Translations under genes and position numbers: made by a program
Source of the DNA: Utricularia gibba
Taxonomy: Eukaryota > Plantae > Magnoliophyta
Assembly: GCA_002189035.1 (NCBI GenBank)
Contig: NEEC01000012.1
Span: forward strand, 372,001 to 436,000
DNA length: 64,000 nt
Direction of reading: 5' to 3'
Shown: positions 63,145 through 64,000 of the stretch, in pieces
Layout: every line of letters begins with the position of its first letter
How positions within the stretch are numbered: position 1 is the first letter of the stretch
The notes under the pieces: model-generated
Databases searched by the model: none
What the model was told of the DNA's origin: nothing
The model's input: only the letters and a program-made list of their open reading frames with translations

Positions 63145-63983
63145 ATGGATGCGATCGAGGAGTTGTCTCAGCTCTCGGACTCGATGCGTCAGGCTGCGGC
63201 GCTGCTAGCCGATGAAGATGTTGACGAAACCTCGTCGTCCTCTAGGCGCTCTTCCACTTTCCTCAACGTCGTTGCAATTGGAAGCATTGTGAGAATCGAC
63301 TGATTACAGTGTCATCTGGATTTTTTTTGGTCGTTGAGTGCAAGGGGCAGATCTCTGCCCCTACCTGATTTTTGGATCTGGAAACGATGTTTTTTTTTTT
63401 CGAATATGCCGTCCGCAGATTTACGTATATTGGATCGGCAAGCAATATTAGTTAGTTTGCGTATACCTGTTTGTAATTTAAGCTGATATTTTTTGGAATG
63501 AAATGCGCAAACTGATTTTCCTAGAAACACAGCTTTTCCTCTCTAATCTGTTTCTTGATTATTGCGCTTCCAGTTGAATATTATTTGAGAGCGTCTGTCT
63601 ATATATGCATTTTTGCTTTTTCCCGTTGCTTGCTACCTGACTAATCTTCACGTCTGTGGTTATTGCAATTGTGTTGATTTTTTTAATTATTTTATTAAAC
63701 TCGTATAGGGGGCCGGTAAATCAGCAGTGTTAAATAGCCTAATTGGGCATCCGGCATTGGTGAGTAGTTAATTCTTCTCATGGAATATGATTGCTTTTCC
63801 TGCTGACTATTTTCCCGTGTGCTTCTCTCGATTTATTGATGTTTAAGCCTTTGCGTTGTTAGCCAACTGGTGAAGGTGGTGCAACGCGTGTTCCAATATG
63901 TGTTGACATGACAAGGGATGCTTCCCTGAGCAGCAAGGAAATATTTTTGCACATTGATAATAAATCTCAATCAGTTTCAGCTA
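63145..63983 (+). CDS. DRP2: Dynamin-related protein 2 (DRP2A/B-like), first three exons; gene continues past the right edge
   Basis: Exons 63145-63288, 63709-63759, 63863-63983. [67 protein letters not shown], with the P-loop GxxxxGKS. A (CT)n tract lies upstream at about 62929-62944. Confidence 0.93.
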
Positions 63984-64000
63984 GTAAGGGTTTCAACTTA

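Overview
Gene-dense nuclear DNA from an angiosperm, with compact genes (many 62-90 nt introns) interspersed with decayed transposons. I could trace 14 protein-coding genes: ATXR7/SDG25 (5' part), TBP, a SUT4-type sucrose transporter, an RRM protein, phytolongin Phyl1, GDPD4, violaxanthin de-epoxidase (VDE), U11/U12-48K, SDHAF1, FPF1-like, a conserved 149-aa unknown protein, ERF019/020-like, DUF179/YqgE and DRP2 (5' part). Pseudogenes and TEs: a plant-mobile-domain remnant, a KH/FUBP-like pseudogene, two hAT remnants, three related solo LTRs with 5-bp TSDs (one carrying an inverted copy of its own family), a deleted chromovirus and three copia elements or remnants. Most notable: (1) a tandem pair of perfect U12-type 5' splice-site motifs (USSE-like) in the 3' region of the U11/U12-48K gene, which converges tail-to-tail with VDE; (2) 1-nt deficits at G/C runs that frameshift four otherwise conserved genes, probably assembly errors but unverified; (3) a copia element whose PBS is complementary to its own LTR rather than to a tRNA 3' end; (4) an L->Q change in the TM1 motif of SUT4. 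All family assignments come from motif recognition by eye; no database search was run.
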